DNA of 59,442 nucleotides, from contig CM068774.1 of the NCBI GenBank assembly GCA_035084275.1, positions 624,559 through 684,000 on the forward strand. The letters are read 5' to 3'. Below the pieces are notes generated by a model, which had not been told where the DNA came from, ran no database searches, and worked only from the letters and a program-made list of their open reading frames with translations. The translations under genes and the position numbers were made by a program. The stretch's first letter is position 1. Every line of letters starts with the position of its first letter. This document shows, one piece after another, positions 58,420 through 59,442 of the stretch. Source of the stretch: Hydrolagus colliei. Lineage: Eukaryota.

Positions 58420-59442
58420 AAGGATTATTTCCTTTCGGTCACCCTCAAACCCTCATCACTCCCTACCTTCACCCTTCCTGATCCCACACCTCATGTCAGG
58501 AGAAAATCCTTCTCTGTCCTGTGCCTTTGGTCATCCTCCCAATGTTAAAGGTGCTGTGTTTCTATTCCCTCCTCTTCTCTCTCCCACCCTCCCCTCCCCC
58601 ACTCCCCCTCCACCCCCCCTCCCCCTCCCCCTCCACCCCCCCTCCCCCACTCCCCCTCCACCCCCCCTCCCCCTCCCCCTCCACCCCCCCTCCCATTATT
58701 AAGATGCTATTCCAGCAGGACACTCTGCATGTTTTACTTGTTCTCTTTTCTCTGGGCTCCCATGGTGTCCCTAGATCCCTCAAACCCTAACCACTACCAC
58801 CCTATCTCTAACCTGCCCTTCCTTTCAAAAGCATTGGAATGTGTTGTTGCAAAACAACTCCGCGCCCACCTCTCCTCCCACTCCCTCTTCGATCCCCTTC
58901 AATCATGTTTCCGCCCTTCCCACAGTACAGAGACTGTGCTTGGGAAAGTCACAAATGAAGTCCTCTCTATCTGTGACCCGGGCTCCCTCTGCCTCCTCAT
59001 CCTCCTGGACCTGTCGGCTGCGTTCGACACAGTCAACCAGACCATCCTCCTCCACCCCCTGTCCTCCGTCATCCACCTCAGTGGGACCGCACTCGCCTGG
59101 TTCGAGTCCCTACCTCACAAACTGCCAGCTGTACATCTCCACAAACAGCTTTTCCTCGCGTTCTCACCCAGTTACCTGTGGGGGACCCCAGGGATCTATC
59201 CTTGGCCCCCTCCTCTTCCTCATCTACTCGCTTCCTCTTGGGGATGTCACCCGCAGACATGGGGCACACTTCCACATGTATGCGGATGACTCCCAACTCT
59301 ATTTCTCCTCTTCACTTTGCGACCCCCAGTCCCCTGATGTTCTGTCGGCCTGTCAGACATCAGGGGCTGGATGAGTGCAAATTTCTTGCAGCTGAATGTT
59401 GACAAGACGGAGGCCATACTCCTTGGCTCTCGTCAACGTCTC
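58420..59442 (+). mobile_element. L2 LINE RT region running off the window
   Basis: YHPISNLPFLSKALE, LLDLSAAFDTV, GPQGSILGPLLF, HMYADDSQLY. Confidence 0.95.

Overview
Vertebrate genomic DNA from a gapped draft assembly (11 N-runs), not prokaryotic. The repeats (CR1 and L2 LINEs, a very abundant tRNA-headed SINE with an L2-type tail, one DeuSINE-like copy) suggest a cartilaginous fish, possibly a chimaera; this is inference. The ORF track mostly reflects microsatellites and LINE fragments, so I rebuilt the genes by hand from splice sites and intron phases. The window is an immune-receptor cluster. (1) Minus strand, 1.2-9.5 kb: a SLAM/CD2-family receptor with two paralogous leader exons, IgV (one base short), IgC2 and two ITSM exons (TVYAEV, TIYSTV); no convincing TM exon. 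(2) Plus strand, 13.7-17.2 kb: decayed ICAM/VCAM-like Ig and TM exons. (3) A further decayed Ig exon at 19.4 kb. (4) Plus strand, 25.3-37.4 kb: a frame-intact type II C-type lectin (EPN/WND) whose neck is built from a tandemly duplicated 51-nt exon. (5) Plus strand, 41.9-46.5 kb: the 3' half of an ADGRE/CD97-like adhesion GPCR with no visible upstream exons. (6) From 54.7 kb: the first two exons of a probable second ADGRE-like gene. Other highlights: a young CR1 with an uninterrupted 2.4-kb ORF2, a 2.65-kb DNA transposon with a 5-bp TSD and nested retro-fragments, two small MITEs with clean TSDs, two perfect hairpins (41-bp and 79-bp arms), and a ~1-kb fold-back with inverted YY1 motifs. All family assignments come from motif recognition, not database searches.
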